DNA from: Octopus vulgaris
Lineage: Eukaryota
Assembly: GCA_951406725.2 (NCBI GenBank)
Contig: OX597835.1
Location: 43,462,001 to 43,526,000 of the forward strand
Direction of reading: 5' to 3'
DNA length: 64,000 nucleotides
In this document: piece by piece, positions 1-12,770 of the stretch
How the letters are laid out: each line of letters starts with the position of its first letter
Position numbering within the stretch: the first letter of the stretch is position 1
The notes under the pieces: model-generated
What the model saw: the letters and a program-made list of their open reading frames with translations, nothing else
What the model was told of the DNA's origin: nothing
Databases searched by the model: none
Made by a program: the position numbers and the translations under genes

Positions 1-147
1 TACAGCAAACCCTTTTCATATATTTATGTACGAAAAGTTCTGCGGAGCATTTAAGAAAAAAATCCTATGTATCCATAGGATTTTTTTAAAATGATTCTCA
101 GGAAATCAGTCAAGGGTCACGTCTGGATAGCAGATAGAATGGAAGGA

Positions 148-193
<46 letters not shown>

Positions 194-319
194 ATGATAA
201 GGAAGAAAGAAAGTCTACAATTAAGTGTGAGAAGACGAGAGGGAGAGAAGAAGTAGGGATGCTAGAAAAGGAATATTAGGACGAGAGAGAGAGAGAGAGA
301 GAGAGAGTCGCAAAAAAAA

Positions 320-672
320 TATATAAAATTACTGTTAACAAAAAATGGGGATGTGTGACGTTCAGATATTCTATAAATGAAAAATGCATTTAGTACTACA
401 AAACGTACACGTAGGACACACACAATGACCCTAACGCTTCCGTTTGTAGAAAACATAAATCCAGGGAAGAAACACACTCTAAGATGTAGAGCAGTGTATA
501 TTTTAATGGGGGAATCCAGTTTATGGGATTACCCTGGGTTTCCCGTCCATAAAGAGTTTGGCTCTATGGTGTATCGTTTGACCTAAAAAAATCTGTTGGC
601 CATAAAGCTAAACCCTTTATGGACGGGAAACCCAGGGTAATCCTATGAACCGGACTCCCCCATTAAAATATA
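320..672. mobile_element. Fold-back insertion with 73-bp inverted arms (Penelope-like terminal architecture, inferred)
   Basis: Arm 497-569 is the reverse complement of 600-672 (7 transition mismatches, 30-bp spacer). The left copy extends further to ~320, and the right arm abuts (TA)n. Confidence 0.55.
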
Positions 673-1017
673 TATATATATATATAAAATATAATTGCCT
701 AAATGTGGCGGTCCCATAGAGTACGATGCTACTGTTGTTTTTAGCCCCAGGAGGACATCTCCTCCTGCTGGCTAATAGCACACTGCTTTGTATCTGATTA
801 GTATTTGCGAAGAAAAATTATCGTTCCAAATTCTAGCCTTATGTGATACACACAGACCCGGGTTTCTGAATAGTAGCCCGTCATCAGTGTGTGATAATCA
901 CAAGCTAGTAATGAAAACTCATTCCACATGGAAAATAGTATATGCTTTTTCCAGTGACACACACACATGTATGCATGTGTGTATATGTAATTATACGTTT
1001 ATCTATAAATATGTAAG

Positions 1018-1060
<43 letters not shown>

Positions 1061-1208
1061 CTGTGTGTCCATGTATAAGTGTTTACGTATGTACGTATAT
1101 TTCTGTCCGTCTGACAGCGCGCACGCCAGTGCCTGAGTGTGTCCAGTAGCCTTGAGTTATTTGCAGAATATTTCAAAAAATATTTGACACTACAGAGCAC
1201 AGCACATA

Positions 1209-1437
1209 CAGGGTGGCTCCAAAAGTAGGTTTTACAGGTATTCAACTGTTCCTTTCGCATTTATGTATTAGCAGTTTAGATCTTAATTATAAAAAATATG
1301 AAACCCTTATTCTGTGCTAATTTTGTCAAGCTCCCTTTTCAATTTTTAAGATAGAAATTTAAATGTTATAATCCATGTTTTAAAAGAAATTTAAAGTGCC
1401 TGTGTCATAACAGTAAACCTACTTTTGGGCGACCCTG
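1209..1437. mobile_element. Tc1/mariner-type MITE
   Basis: Imperfect TIRs CAGGGTGGCTCCAAAAGTAGGTTTTACAG / CAGTAAACCTACTTTTGGGCGACCCTG, with TA on both sides. Confidence 0.8.
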
Positions 1438-1493
1438 TATATAGATACATGGCATATACAGTCCTTTACACTTAAAAACATACATCCATGGGC

Positions 1494-1539
1494 ATACATA
1501 CATACATACATACATACATACATACATACATACACATAC

Positions 1540-1570
<31 letters not shown>

Positions 1571-1784
1571 TACATACATACATACATACATACATACATA
1601 CATACATACATACATGCACTCATACATACATACATACATACATGCATGCATACATACATACACATGCCTAAATATATGTATGTGTGCATATGTGTATATA
1701 TGTATATATGCAGGGATGTATAATCACAAAAATCAATTTCGTATGCAAATATACTTTCACACTGGCACCACAAACCACGCACGA

Positions 1785-1837
<53 letters not shown>

Positions 1838-1848
1838 ACACACACACA
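1494..1848. repeat. (TACA)n and (CA)n microsatellites
   Basis: Directly visible simple repeats. Confidence 0.95.
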
Positions 1849-1877
1849 ATTTATTAATTATTTTCATGTTGCGAGCC

Positions 1878-2006
1878 CCAACTGCTGACCCCAAAATATT
1901 TTGTTTCTGTTTGTCTTGACCTTTCAAACATCACTGCCACCAACGCTGACCCCAAAATATTTTGTTTCTGTTTGTCTTGACCTCTCAAACACCACTGCCG
2001 CCAACG
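1878..2006. repeat. ~62-bp tandem duplication
   Basis: Two copies of GCTGACCCCAAAATATTTTGTTTCTGTTTGTCTTGACC...CACTGCC. Confidence 0.9.
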
Positions 2007-2905
2007 CATTCATTCTCGATGTGTCCCATCATGGCCGCATTGGACTGCAGCCATTATGAGACACAGCATCGAAGAATTCAGACAACTTAATGAATATCAT
2101 CGGGTCACTAGCATAGCTAGAATGTGTGCCGCCCGGGCGAATTTTCTGTGTGCCGCCTGAAGCGATCCTTCAGTTTGCCGCCCCAGGCCCACACAGAAAT
2201 ACATATTGCTTACAGCAGACCCAAAAGTGGTGTCACCCTTATAAAAGTGCCGCCCGTGGCGGACTGCCCCCTCCGGCTCCCTCGTATCGGGTGCTTATTC
2301 TGACGATCGTCTTTTGCCTAACCGCCAGGTAAACGGAGTCCAAGACAAAACCCACCTTTGGACCATGAGGATGAGGGGCAGACCACGGAGGAGGTTCTGA
2401 ATGGCTTCGGTACAGCATTAGGTTGCTGTAAGACTTTAAATGAGTGATTCTCAACCGAGGTCCATATGAGATTTTTGGGTCTTCGTAAAAAAACAGTAAA
2501 TTGGGGACCACAGTAGTATTTTAAGACCCCACAAAAAATTTGCTTCAGATGTATGTATTGTTATGTATTGCAAGAAATAACTAGGTTTCTTTTTCCGACA
2601 TTTTATGGTTACGGTTAGGGTTTTAGGGTTAGGGTTAGTGTTGAGGAAAAGAGTCAAAATTGAAGAAGTTGTGGGGGGAAAGCGGGGGCAAAAATTTCGC
2701 AATGCCGACTTTTGGTAATTTTTCGGAACCTTTGTATCTGAAAACGGGGATTTTTGATAAAAAAAAATTACAAAAATAAACAAATTTGGGAGAAAATGGG
2801 GGTGGGGTCTTACCGCTCCAGTATGGCCGCAGTCAAATGATCGAAACTAGTAAAAGATTAAAAGAATAAATATGTACTGCTCGAGGCGAGAAATTTAGAC
2901 AGATA

Positions 2906-3301
2906 TCTTTACATATAAAAGAGAGGTTGTGTGTCTGTCTCCTACGATTTAGATTCCTAACTACTCCCACATTTTGCGGTGCAGTGTAACCAAAACCGGA
3001 TATCTTATAGTCGTGATTCATATCTAGCCCTTCTGGGTATTAGCGCGCGTCTACGATGAGTCTACGATTTGAAAAAAAAATTACCATCAATTTTTCCCAT
3101 TTTTAATGCATTTTTGGCATATATAAGGGAAGTAACTCTCTAAAAAATTTATTATTAAATCTCAGAATGTAAAAAGCTACAGTAACACACCCTCCCTTTG
3201 TGGTTAGCCATATTGAGATGGCTATTATACTTTACATCTCTAAAAATGCTTATATAGTTATTTCCCTTACAAACCCCAGGAACGCCGGGCGATACTGCTA
3301 G
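2906..3301 (+). mobile_element. Non-autonomous Helitron
   Basis: Starts A|TCTTTACATATAAAAG and ends CTAG|T, with a GC hairpin (CCC..AACGCCGGG) just upstream of the end. No TSD. Near-identical copy at 40305-40689. Confidence 0.85.
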
Positions 3302-3350
3302 TGAATAATATAACATACATGTTGATTTGACAGTCGTGTATAAGTTTGAT

Positions 3351-3640
3351 AAAGGGAAAGTATACGAAAATAAACAAAAGACGAAGGCAGGTGGTGTACA
3401 AACAAACAGATGTATTAGTATAACGCTCAGGAATAGAAAAAGTCTTTTACGTTTCGAGCCTACGCTCTTCTACAGAAAGGGACACAGGAAAAACAAGGAG
3501 AGAAAAAAATGTGTGTAGTAGCTAACGATCTATCATGGCGTCTGACTTCGGACAGAATGGTAAGACGGGAGAGGGGAAGTAGGGGAGATAACAAGGTCAC
3601 AATGACCTCCAATACAAAGGAGCCCCCAATACAAAGGTGC
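3351..3640 (-). mobile_element. Penelope-like terminal fragment (family with GAGCGTAGGCTCGAAACGT motif)
   Basis: Homologous to 22172-22365, 29482-29690 and 44090-44280. Degenerate hammerhead core CTGTAGA..GAAACGTA on the minus strand. Confidence 0.6.
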
Positions 3641-3645
3641 GTATA

Positions 3646-4056
3646 CTCTTTTACTCTTTACTCTTTTACTTGTTTCAGTCATTTGACTGCGGCCATGCTG
3701 GAGCACCGCCTTTAATCGAGGAACTCGACCCCGGGACTTATTCTTTTGTAAGCCCAGTACTTATTTTATCGGTCACTTTTGCCGAACCGCTAAGTAACGG
3801 GGACGTAAACACACACCAGCATCGGTTGTCAAGCAATGCTAGGGGACAAACACAGACACACAATCACACACACGCATATATATATATACATACATATATA
3901 CGACGGGCTTCTTTCAGTTTCCATCTACCAAATCCATTCACAAGGCTTTGGTCGGCCCGAGGCTATTGTAGAAGACACTTGCCCAAGGTGCCACGCAGTG
4001 GGACTGAACCCGGAACCATGTGGTTGGTAAACAAGCTACTTACCACACAGCCACTC
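3646..4056 (-). mobile_element. tRNA-derived SINE, family A (full length)
   Basis: Pol III A box (TGGCTGTGTGG) and B box (GGTTCAGTCCC), CORE-like ACCTTGGGCAAG, central microsatellite, and 3' tail GGCGGTGCTCCAGCATGGCCGCAGTCAAATGACTGAAACAAGTAAAAGAG. Many copies in the window. Confidence 0.9.
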
Positions 4057-4379
4057 GTGTATAAGAGAGTATGTATGTGCGTGTGAAAGAAGGCTATAAG
4101 TTTGATAGTTTGTAGTCGAACAGAAATCTGCACAGACGGGCGTTTTGGTGTTTCCGTCTGACGTCATTCAGCATGTATCTGTTTACAATGCTGTGGAGTC
4201 ATCTACACTGGGTAGTGAGTGACATGACCTAACTACGCTACACAGTCAATGATTTGCTAGTTTGCGCTCGTTCGAGTCTATTAATGCCTGCTACGAAATT
4301 CTAATTTTGAGCAGTAATCAATAGATAATTTCTATGAGGTTCCTCTGTGCTCGTGCGGGTGCGCCCTCTGGCACGCACC

Positions 4380-4507
<128 letters not shown>

Positions 4508-4565
4508 CTCATGAATATAGAGAGAGGTATAGACTGTATATATATCTTTTATTTGTTCTTTTTTT

Positions 4566-4812
4566 TTTAAAGCCTAGTACTTATTCTATTGGTCTCTTTT
4601 GACGAACCGCTAAGTTACGGTGACGTAAACACACCATTTAACTACGGCCATGATGGGGCACCGCCTTGAAGGCTTTTAATCGAAGTAATCGACCCCAGAA
4701 ATTATTCTTTTTAAGCCAAGTACTTATTCTATCCGCCTCCTTTGCCGAACTGCTAATGTTACAGTAACGTAAACACAGCAACACCGGTTGTCAAGCAGTG
4801 GTAGGAGACAAA
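4566..4812 (-). mobile_element. Two adjacent SINE family A 3'-half fragments
   Basis: Matches to AAGCCTAGTACTTATTCTATCGGTCTCTTTTGCCGAACCGCTAAG. Confidence 0.7.
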
Positions 4813-4845
4813 TATAGATGCAAAGACGTACACCAATCGATACAT

Positions 4846-4876
<31 letters not shown>

Positions 4877-5141
4877 TACATACATACATACATACATACA
4901 TACATACATACATACGTACGTACATACGTACATACATACATACATGCATACATACATACATACATACATACATACATACATACATACATACATACATACA
5001 TACGTACGTACGTACACCCACCCACCCACCCACCCATCCATCCATCCGTCCATCCATCCATACACACATACACCACACACATACACACATACATACATAC
5101 ATGCATTCTTACTTATTTCAGTCATTAAACCTGAACAGTTA

Positions 5142-5275
5142 GGATCTTTTCGGTTTGAACGGCAGTTTTTTCTAACGGTGTCATATGAAATTGTCACCCA
5201 TAATTATGACCCTAGTATCGATCTATTGCATTTCAATCTGTTTTAGGGTTAGGGTTAGGGTTAGTGGTGGGGAGA
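5142..5275 (+). mobile_element. Merlin-like MITE, left-end fragment ending in (TTAGGG)n
   Basis: TIR GGATCTTTTCGGTTTGAACGGCAGTTTTT followed by the family body. Truncated after three TTAGGG units. Confidence 0.85.
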
Positions 5276-5383
5276 AAGGAATGAGATTTTAAAAAAACCA
5301 AGGTAATAAATAGCTTTCATAACATTTGTATGTACATGTGTATATATATATATATACATATATATATATACTATAATCGGTGT

Positions 5384-5550
5384 CCCCCCTCCCGATCTCA
5401 GTACCGAACTGGCACTTTATTTTATCGACCCCGGAAGTTTGAAAGGGAAAGACAACCTTGGCGGAATTTGAACTCCGGACGTAGTGAGTCGCAAGAAATA
5501 TCGCAAAGCATTGTTTCTGACAAGCTAACGTTTCTGCCATCTCGCCGCCG
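5384..5550 (-). mobile_element. SINE family B (Nin/Deu-domain-like), diverged copy
   Basis: Homologous to 5567-5798. Confidence 0.7.
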
Positions 5551-5566
5551 TTAACCCGTTAGAAAT

Positions 5567-5798
5567 GCTTCTTTATTGCGCACAGGGGGCTAAACATGGA
5601 GGGGATAAACAAGGACAGACAAAGGAATTAAGTCGATTACATTGACCCCAGTGTACAACTGCTACTTATTTAAATCGACCCCGAAAGGTTGAAAGGCAAA
5701 GTCAACCTCGGCGGAATTTGAACTCAGAACATAACGGCAGACCAAATACCCATGAGCATTTCGCCCGGTGTGCTAACGATTCTTCAAGCTCGCCGCCT
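5567..5798 (-). mobile_element. SINE family B (Nin/Deu-domain-like), full length with 13-bp TSD
   Basis: B box GAGTTCAAATTCC and Deu/Nin-like CCTTTCAACCTTTCGGGGTCGAT..AAGTA. TSD ACCCGTTAGAAAT at 5554-5566 and 5799-5811. Confidence 0.85.
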
Positions 5799-5899
5799 AC
5801 CCGTTAGAAATATCGAGAATCCATAGATTATATAGGAATATCATGTTAATTTACCAGGAATTACAGTATGATACGGTTTATCATCAAAAGAATTAGACA

Positions 5900-6399
5900 C
5901 ATTCTTTTGGTGGTACTGTGACTGGCTTTATTTACTTTAATTTGTTACGACAATCTGTCATGATAATCATTCAAGTCGACTTTTATTCTCAGCAAGATAG
6001 CGCAGCCCACACTATCAGCATAATGTAAAGATCAACCTTGATGAAGTTTTGCCAAACGAGTAGATTGTCGGAAGAGAGTCAGTGAAATATCCTTCCCGTT
6101 CACCGGACCTCACACTCACTTGATTTCTATGGGGATACTTGAAAAATATAGTTTATCGAATAAAACCGGCAGCAGTCGGTGAATTGAGGGCAGCCATTGA
6201 ACGAGAATCTGCTCTAAAGCCTAACGAAATATTGCTTGATGTTCGTGATTCCGTTGCTTGGCGTTATCAGTTGTGTCTGGAGCAGAACGGCCATCAAATT
6301 GTCTGTTGATTCTATTAGGTTTTGAAAATGAAATATATTTTAATAAACACTGACTTTATAATCATTCAATGCTCGTTTACATTATTTTTCGGACATCCT
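5900..6399 (+). pseudogene. Decayed Tc1/mariner-superfamily transposase (C-terminal DDD/E region) with right TIR
   Basis: Manual translation gives QQDSA.H...YPSRSPDLT..FLWGYLKNIVY.IKP....ELRAAIERE with stops and frameshifts. TIR-like end TACATTATTTTTCGGACATCCTG followed by TA. Confidence 0.85.
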
Positions 6400-6489
6400 G
6401 TATGTACGTGTGTGTGTGTGTAGGCATGTCTGTGTATATGGATAAAAATATATATGTATGTATATGTGTGTATATATGTTTATATATAT

Positions 6490-6795
<306 letters not shown>

Positions 6796-7183
6796 GTGAG
6801 AGAGAGCTGTAATATTTGTGTGCATTAATGTTTGTAAACATCTGAGAAAAAAAGTGGGAGATAAGGGTGTTAGGGTGGGGGGAGACAGAGAGAAGGAATG
6901 AGAGAGAGAAATACGGGGAGAGAGACATTTTCTGGCAGACGATACTGATCGTCTGCTTTATCAATATTTCCTCCCCTACAATCACTCTCACCACCCCACT
7001 ACCACACTATCACCCTCACCACCATGTAATGTGATGTCAATGGCGGTTAGTTTCCTTATTCCGTCGTGTGTCACAGCAATAAATAGTTAATGGTCGACCA
7101 GTTTATGAGGGGGCTTCGACACCAGGCATGACAACTTTTCCGAAAAGTAGGCAGCACTACTAAAACAACCTGAAGGTAATTTG

Positions 7184-7592
7184 GGATCTTTTCGGTTTGA
7201 ACGGCAGTTTTTTCTTGCGGTGTCATATGAAATTGTCACCCATAATTATGACCCTAGTATCGATCTATTGCATTTCAATCTGTTTTAGGGTTAGGGGTAG
7301 GGGAAAGGGTATCTTTTTTCTTCACAAATGTAAATAAACCTAATCTGTTTCTTAAACGAGGGACATATTCATACGGCACAGAATGTTTTCACCTCAATAG
7401 ACGTCATTGATTGGTTGAAATTGCAGAAATTGAAGAAAAAAACAACAAATATCTTACAACCTATAGAATTTTCTCAATAAAGCCAAGAGAAAAAGATGTT
7501 TTATAAACACATTCTACCAGTATACGAAGTTTAAAATTTTTTAGTTACGTGGAAATTATTTTAAAAAACTGCCGTTCAAACCGAAAAGATCC
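7184..7592 (+). mobile_element. Merlin-like MITE, complete, 8-bp TSD
   Basis: ~30-bp TIRs GGATCTTTTCGGTTTGAACGGCAGTTTTT. TSD GTAATTTG at 7176-7183 and 7593-7600. GG termini with an 8-bp TSD fit Merlin better than hAT or P. Confidence 0.9.
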
Positions 7593-8288
7593 GTAATTTG
7601 TTGTTAGGCGTGCCATTCAGATGACCCCCGCAGTCCACAGCTTGGCCTTGAATGCTTTACACGTAGGTTTGACCTGCTAGAAATAGCAGCAAATTCTCCA
7701 TCAAGCCACATCTTATTCGTTTTAAAATAAAGTATAGTTGTTAAAAATATATATACTAGCGACAAAGGCAGAATTAGAACCGAGAGGTAACACGTTTAAG
7801 TGAGAACAAAGTTGCTGATATACACAAAGACGCTTCGAATGTTGGAACATCTTTCATTAGATGCATTGTTACGACTATAGCTAATTTAGCGCGAAAAAAT
7901 ATATAGCAACCAAATTTACTTCGAGTCAATCCAGCTGCTAGAAATAGCAGCAGTATTTCCCTCACATCGCAATCTACTGTTTTAAATTAGTAAAGAGTAA
8001 ACTGGACAATGTTGTTCTAGGTATAGGTATACTAAAAACACGACATGATTACGGCTGGAATGCTCAGATTGTAGATCTCCACTCTAAGGGGTGCACTAGG
8101 GGTGGGGTTAAAAAAATAATAGCAGTCAAGTTTATTGAGATAATTAGTAATAGTCTTTACCATCTGTTAATTAACTCTAATGAATGACAAGAGAATACAT
8201 TCATATGTGAGTGAAGGTGTACATACATACAGGTGTGTGTGTGTGTGTGTGTGTGTGAGCGCATGCGTGCGTGTATCTTTTGCCTTAT

Positions 8289-8711
8289 TTTTTACTTGCT
8301 TCAGTCATTAGACTGCGGCCATACTGGTGCACCGCCTTCATGAATTTTAAGTCGAGTGAATCGACCCCAAAACTTTTTTCTTAAGCCTGGTACTTAATTT
8401 ATTGATGTCTTTTGGAAACCACTTAATTACTGGTACGCAAAAACACCAGCTGCGGTTGCCAAGCGGTGTGTAGGACATAGACACAAAGATACGCGCGCAC
8501 GCGCACACACAATAACACACACACACACACACACTAACACATATATATGACAGGCTTCTTTCAGTTTCCGTCTACCAAATCCACTCACAAGGCTTTGGTC
8601 GGCCCGAGGCTATGGCAGAAGACACTTGCTCCAGGTTCCACGTAGTGGGACTGAAACCGGAACCCCGTGGCTGGGAAGCAAACTTCTGACCACTCAGCCA
8701 CGCCTGCGCCT
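8289..8711 (-). mobile_element. SINE family A, diverged full-length copy
   Basis: All family modules present, from tail to head GGCGCAGGCGTGGCTGAGTGG. Confidence 0.85.
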
Positions 8712-8712
8712 A

Positions 8713-9003
8713 TAGATATCACGTGATCGACCGGACTATCGGATGTTATTATACATTGCTAGTCACAATGCGCTTTGTATCATTTTAGCAATGGAATGAA
8801 GCCACCCCACCGGCCAACAAGCGAGCAGGCCAACATCCCCTACCCCACGATCAGAGGGCTAGTCTGTTGTAAGTTTACCCATTAACAGCTGAATGAACTG
8901 GAGTAACGTGAAATGAAGTATCTTGCTCAAAAACACAACGTCCAGCCGCTCTGGAAATCGAAACCACGGTCTCACAATCGTGAGTGCAACAAGCTTCACC
9001 ACA
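8713..9003 (-). mobile_element. Older tRNA-derived SINE (distinct family)
   Basis: Minus strand shows B box GGTTTCGATTTCC followed by CORE-like TGTGTTTTTGAGCAAGATACTTCATTTCACG. Confidence 0.6.
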
Positions 9004-9134
9004 TGGCTTAAAGTAGAAGACACTTACTCAAGGTAACATGGAAGCATATGATTGAGATGCAGACTTGTTACCACGCAGCCACGCCTCTCTCCCATCTTCC
9101 CCTCTCTTTCTCGCTTTAGCTATCTATCTATCTA

Positions 9135-9170
<36 letters not shown>

Positions 9171-9180
9171 CATACATATA

Positions 9181-9686
9181 AGAGGGATGACCACTAAGTG
9201 AACATCCATCTGCTAGAAGTCGAGAATTATCTTCTGCAGAATTATTTCCGTTATTTTGGCGCGCCAAAACGAAGACTTTTGAAATATAACCCCAAATGTA
9301 ATTGGTAGAACTATATATATGTTCAATCTCATGCGGATGTCTCGTGTGTAGTTCTGCAAATTATATTTTGCTATGAAGATCACACTGACGAGTTGCGGAC
9401 ATCTACGTAACAACGAAACTGGTTTGTGATTAATCTGTATATTTTGTATCTTTTCATTTGTCTTGCTCGCTTACGTTCTGGCGTTTGCCGAATTTTCTTG
9501 AGAACAATCTTTTCTTTATGGTCAGACCATACAGGGTCGACTTCTAGCATAATGGAATCTACTTATATGTATGTAATATAATTTTTCTGAATCTTCAGAT
9601 TTTTCTATATGCTAGACCACTGGTTTTAAATTGATATTAATCAAATTAATATCCAATTTTTCACCCTTATTATTTAAAATTTATAT

Positions 9687-9690
<4 letters not shown>
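9181..9690 (+). mobile_element. Penelope-like non-autonomous fragment within (TA)n
   Basis: Flanked by (TA)n and contains a hammerhead motif. Short inverted arms TGCTAGAAGTCGA/TCGACTTCTAGCA. Tail shared with 60890-61020. Confidence 0.6.
9379..9430 (+). ncRNA. Type I minimal hammerhead ribozyme motif
   Basis: Stem I ATCACA/TGTGAT, core CTGACGA, stem II GTTG/CAAC, GAAA, near-palindromic stem III ACTGGT, cleavage triplet GTT. Confidence 0.7.
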
Positions 9691-9743
<53 letters not shown>

Positions 9744-10757
9744 CAAATCAGATTTTAAAAAATCAATTCAAATAAACGAATGATAAAATTAACATACAAG
9801 AGGGCGTGCACAAGGAATGTATTAGCTTGACATCCGGTAAAATGAGAGAGTTTGAAGTTTCGAGCATTGCTCTTCGTCGGAAAAGAGAAAGGGAAAAGTC
9901 CAAAGAAGGAAAAGAAATCGCCAACAGCACGCTAATATCGAAGGGCGAGAATGAGTGCACAACAGCCCATTGCATATACATGTGCGTGTGTATATGTGTG
10001 TGTGTGTGTTCCCCACCATTGCTTGACAACCGGTGTTGGTTTGTTTATATAACCGTAAATTAGCGGTTCGGCATAAGACACTGAGTATGTCTGTCACTCC
10101 CTGTTGGTCTTAGATACCCGCGTGAGTAACGTCAGTAACACATTCACAGATGTGCGAGCAACACTTTGTAGAGTATCAATAATTGCAGGAGGAAAAACTA
10201 TATGGTGGCAAAGCGAGCTTCTTGTTGACAAAGCTATGCTTGCGTTCAACTCTTGAAATTTGTTGCTGGATATTGCGAGCTACATACGTATTGCGACGTA
10301 AAATACTCTTAAATTGAACTGGTCGATACGTGAAGCTGTTGTACAGCCGAGAAAAAAAACATTTGTTTTGAAACAGTTATTAAAGAGGTTGTTACACAGC
10401 AATATTAGTCGATATGAACTATGAGATTTGGAGAAAAACGTTCGCTTTGACTTTGAAAGTTTTTCTCTCGCAAATAATACACAATTAGCGAAAAAAACAA
10501 CAAAAAATTAAAAAAACCTACCGCTGCAAAATAGGTGGAAAAACTTGAGTGTTTTAACAAAACACACACACACACACACAACCACTCACTCACACACAAG
10601 CATAAGCACTGGAACCAAACCGTGTCACCGTAAAACGTGGGAAAATTTTCATTAAGATTTCTCTTTCTTTTCCTTTCTTTCTCTTTATGCGTGTGCACGT
10701 GATTTGTACATGTATGTATAATTTCATATATATATGTTTGTGCATATATATATATAC

Positions 10758-10806
<49 letters not shown>

Positions 10807-10809
<3 letters not shown>

Positions 10810-11966
10810 CCCCTCTGCGAAAAGATCTCAGAATTTTAATTGATTTGCTTTTCGCAGGAAGGAAGTTTTCTTCGAAGTATACGTCTCGCTTTTATCCTTC
10901 GAAACGTTTAGTAGATGAAACCTTAGCGACTGAAGAAGGGGATTTTTCGTTGTGCTTATTGTCCTGTTTCTCCCTTTTTTTTGCTTGTCTTGTTCCTTGG
11001 TTTGTGTCTATGTTTTTCGTCTCTCTATGTGTTCGACGTCTTTTTGGTGTCCTGTACACATATATGCGTGTATATGTACATGTAGAGGTAGGTACGTACA
11101 TATATGTTTATATATATGCATATATTTTATCAACATATTATACGACTAAACGCACGCACCCTATTAAGTAAGATTGTTCTGTTTATCAAGTTAGCCTTGA
11201 TATTAACTCTCACGCGACTCTGCATCTTTCTTTCTTTCTCTCCCATTCCCTTTTTCGTCTTTTTTCCCTCACTTAACTTGTCTCTTCCTCTCTCTCTCCC
11301 CCTCACTGTTCTTCATGGTCTCCTCGCACCATTCCCCTTCTTCTCTCTCTTCCTCTTGCTCCTCCTCCCCCATTCCCGTCGTCCATCTGCGACGATACTT
11401 CCGTCGTAACTGCTATCCTGTCTTTTCTCGCCCGCCTTCTAAGGCTACTGGTCGATATTCTTTCCCTCTCGTCGTCCACTATAATCCAGCGTTTGCAATA
11501 CTTTTTTCGTCTGGCGTTAACAGCCCTTCTTATCTTGTTCCCCTTGTCCTGTCTCTCACTGTTATATATTTATTTTTCCACTGTTTATATATATATTTTT
11601 ACTGTTTATATGTTTGTACTGTCGTTACCGTCTTGCTTTTTTTACCCCTCTGCGAAAAGATCTCAGAATTTTAATTGATTTGCTTTTCGCAGGAAGGAAG
11701 TTTTCTTCGAAGTATACGTCTCGCTTTTATCCTTCGAAACGTTTAGTAGATGAAACCTTAGCGACTGAAGAAGGGGATTTTTCGTTGTGCTTATTGTCCT
11801 GTATCTCCCTTTTTTTTGCTTGTCTTGTTCCTTGGTTTGTGTCTATGTTTTTCGTCTCTCTATGTGTTCGACGTCTTTTTGGTGTCCTGTACACATATAT
11901 GCGTGTATATGTACATGTAGAGGTAGGTACGTACATATATGTTTATATATATGCATATATTTTATT

Positions 11967-11973
<7 letters not shown>
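10807..11973 (+). mobile_element. Non-coding element with ~332-bp direct terminal repeats (pLTR-like, Penelope-type inferred)
   Basis: 10807-11138 and 11642-11973 are direct repeats (offset 835, about 2 mismatches). Flanked by (TA)n, with no TG..CA ends and no credible ORF. Diverged relative at 44460-44955. Confidence 0.75.
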
Positions 11974-12015
<42 letters not shown>

Positions 12016-12024
12016 ATGTCTATA

Positions 12025-12245
12025 ATACAAATAAGAAAATGGAGAAACAAATTTGGTTTATTCATCAACTTTCGGATATTATAGTGTTGGATTATTTATT
12101 CATTTAACAAAATGAGAACCTTAATAGCATACATATAGACATTATAATTCAATACATATAAGATAAGAATACAAATTATAAAATTCATAATATATATTAT
12201 TGAAATCATTAAAATCACTTCTTACAGCTGCTTCAGCCTATGGTT
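12025..12245 (-). mobile_element. Penelope-like 3' terminal fragment
   Basis: Minus strand GGCTGAAGCAGCTGTAAG (hammerhead 3' half) followed by an AT-rich tail running into (TA)n. Related to 35323-35530. Confidence 0.5.
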
Positions 12246-12307
12246 AAAAATAGTTATTTTTGTTGTTAAGTATAAAGTTTTGTAAAAAGTATGTGTGCAT
12301 GTACACG

Positions 12308-12770
12308 GTGGCCCGATGTCACATGGTGGTCAGTTGTTATAGATTGCGGTCTATGACGTGGTAGTGGTCAATCGTTGGTATGGTGACCACTTGTTATTGG
12401 CTGCAGTGACACATCTATGATTTCATGTTGGTCAATTGTCGGTCAGTTGTTTGTCAGTTGATACAGACTCCAGCGCCGCATAGTCACATAATAGTCAGCT
12501 GTTGTTCGATCGTTTTTGACCTATGATACCTGTTAGTGGTCAGTTGTTGGTCAATTCTTATTTGTTGTGGTGGCACATTTATAACATGATAGGGGTCAGT
12601 TGTTAGCCCTTATAGACTGTGGCAGGCCATCAATTGTTGGTCAGTTGTTATACATTATGGTAACACATCTTTGATATGGTGGTGGTGAGTTGTTGGTCAG
12701 TCGTTATAGCTTTTGCTATATCTATGACATATTTATGAACTGGTCATCAATTATTTGCCAATTATCACTG
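12308..12770. repeat. Degenerate minisatellite built on TGGTCAGTTGT
   Basis: More than 15 variants of an ~11-bp motif with an approximate 50-bp higher-order period. Confidence 0.75.

Noticed and set aside
2108-2590. hAT-like MITE ends (GCCGCCC repeats; GTGATTCTCAACC)
   Set aside because: No paired TIRs or TSD could be established.
3637-4086. Recurrent peptides such as [14 protein letters not shown] and [18 protein letters not shown]
   Set aside because: Chance frames of SINE A on both strands, not a protein family.
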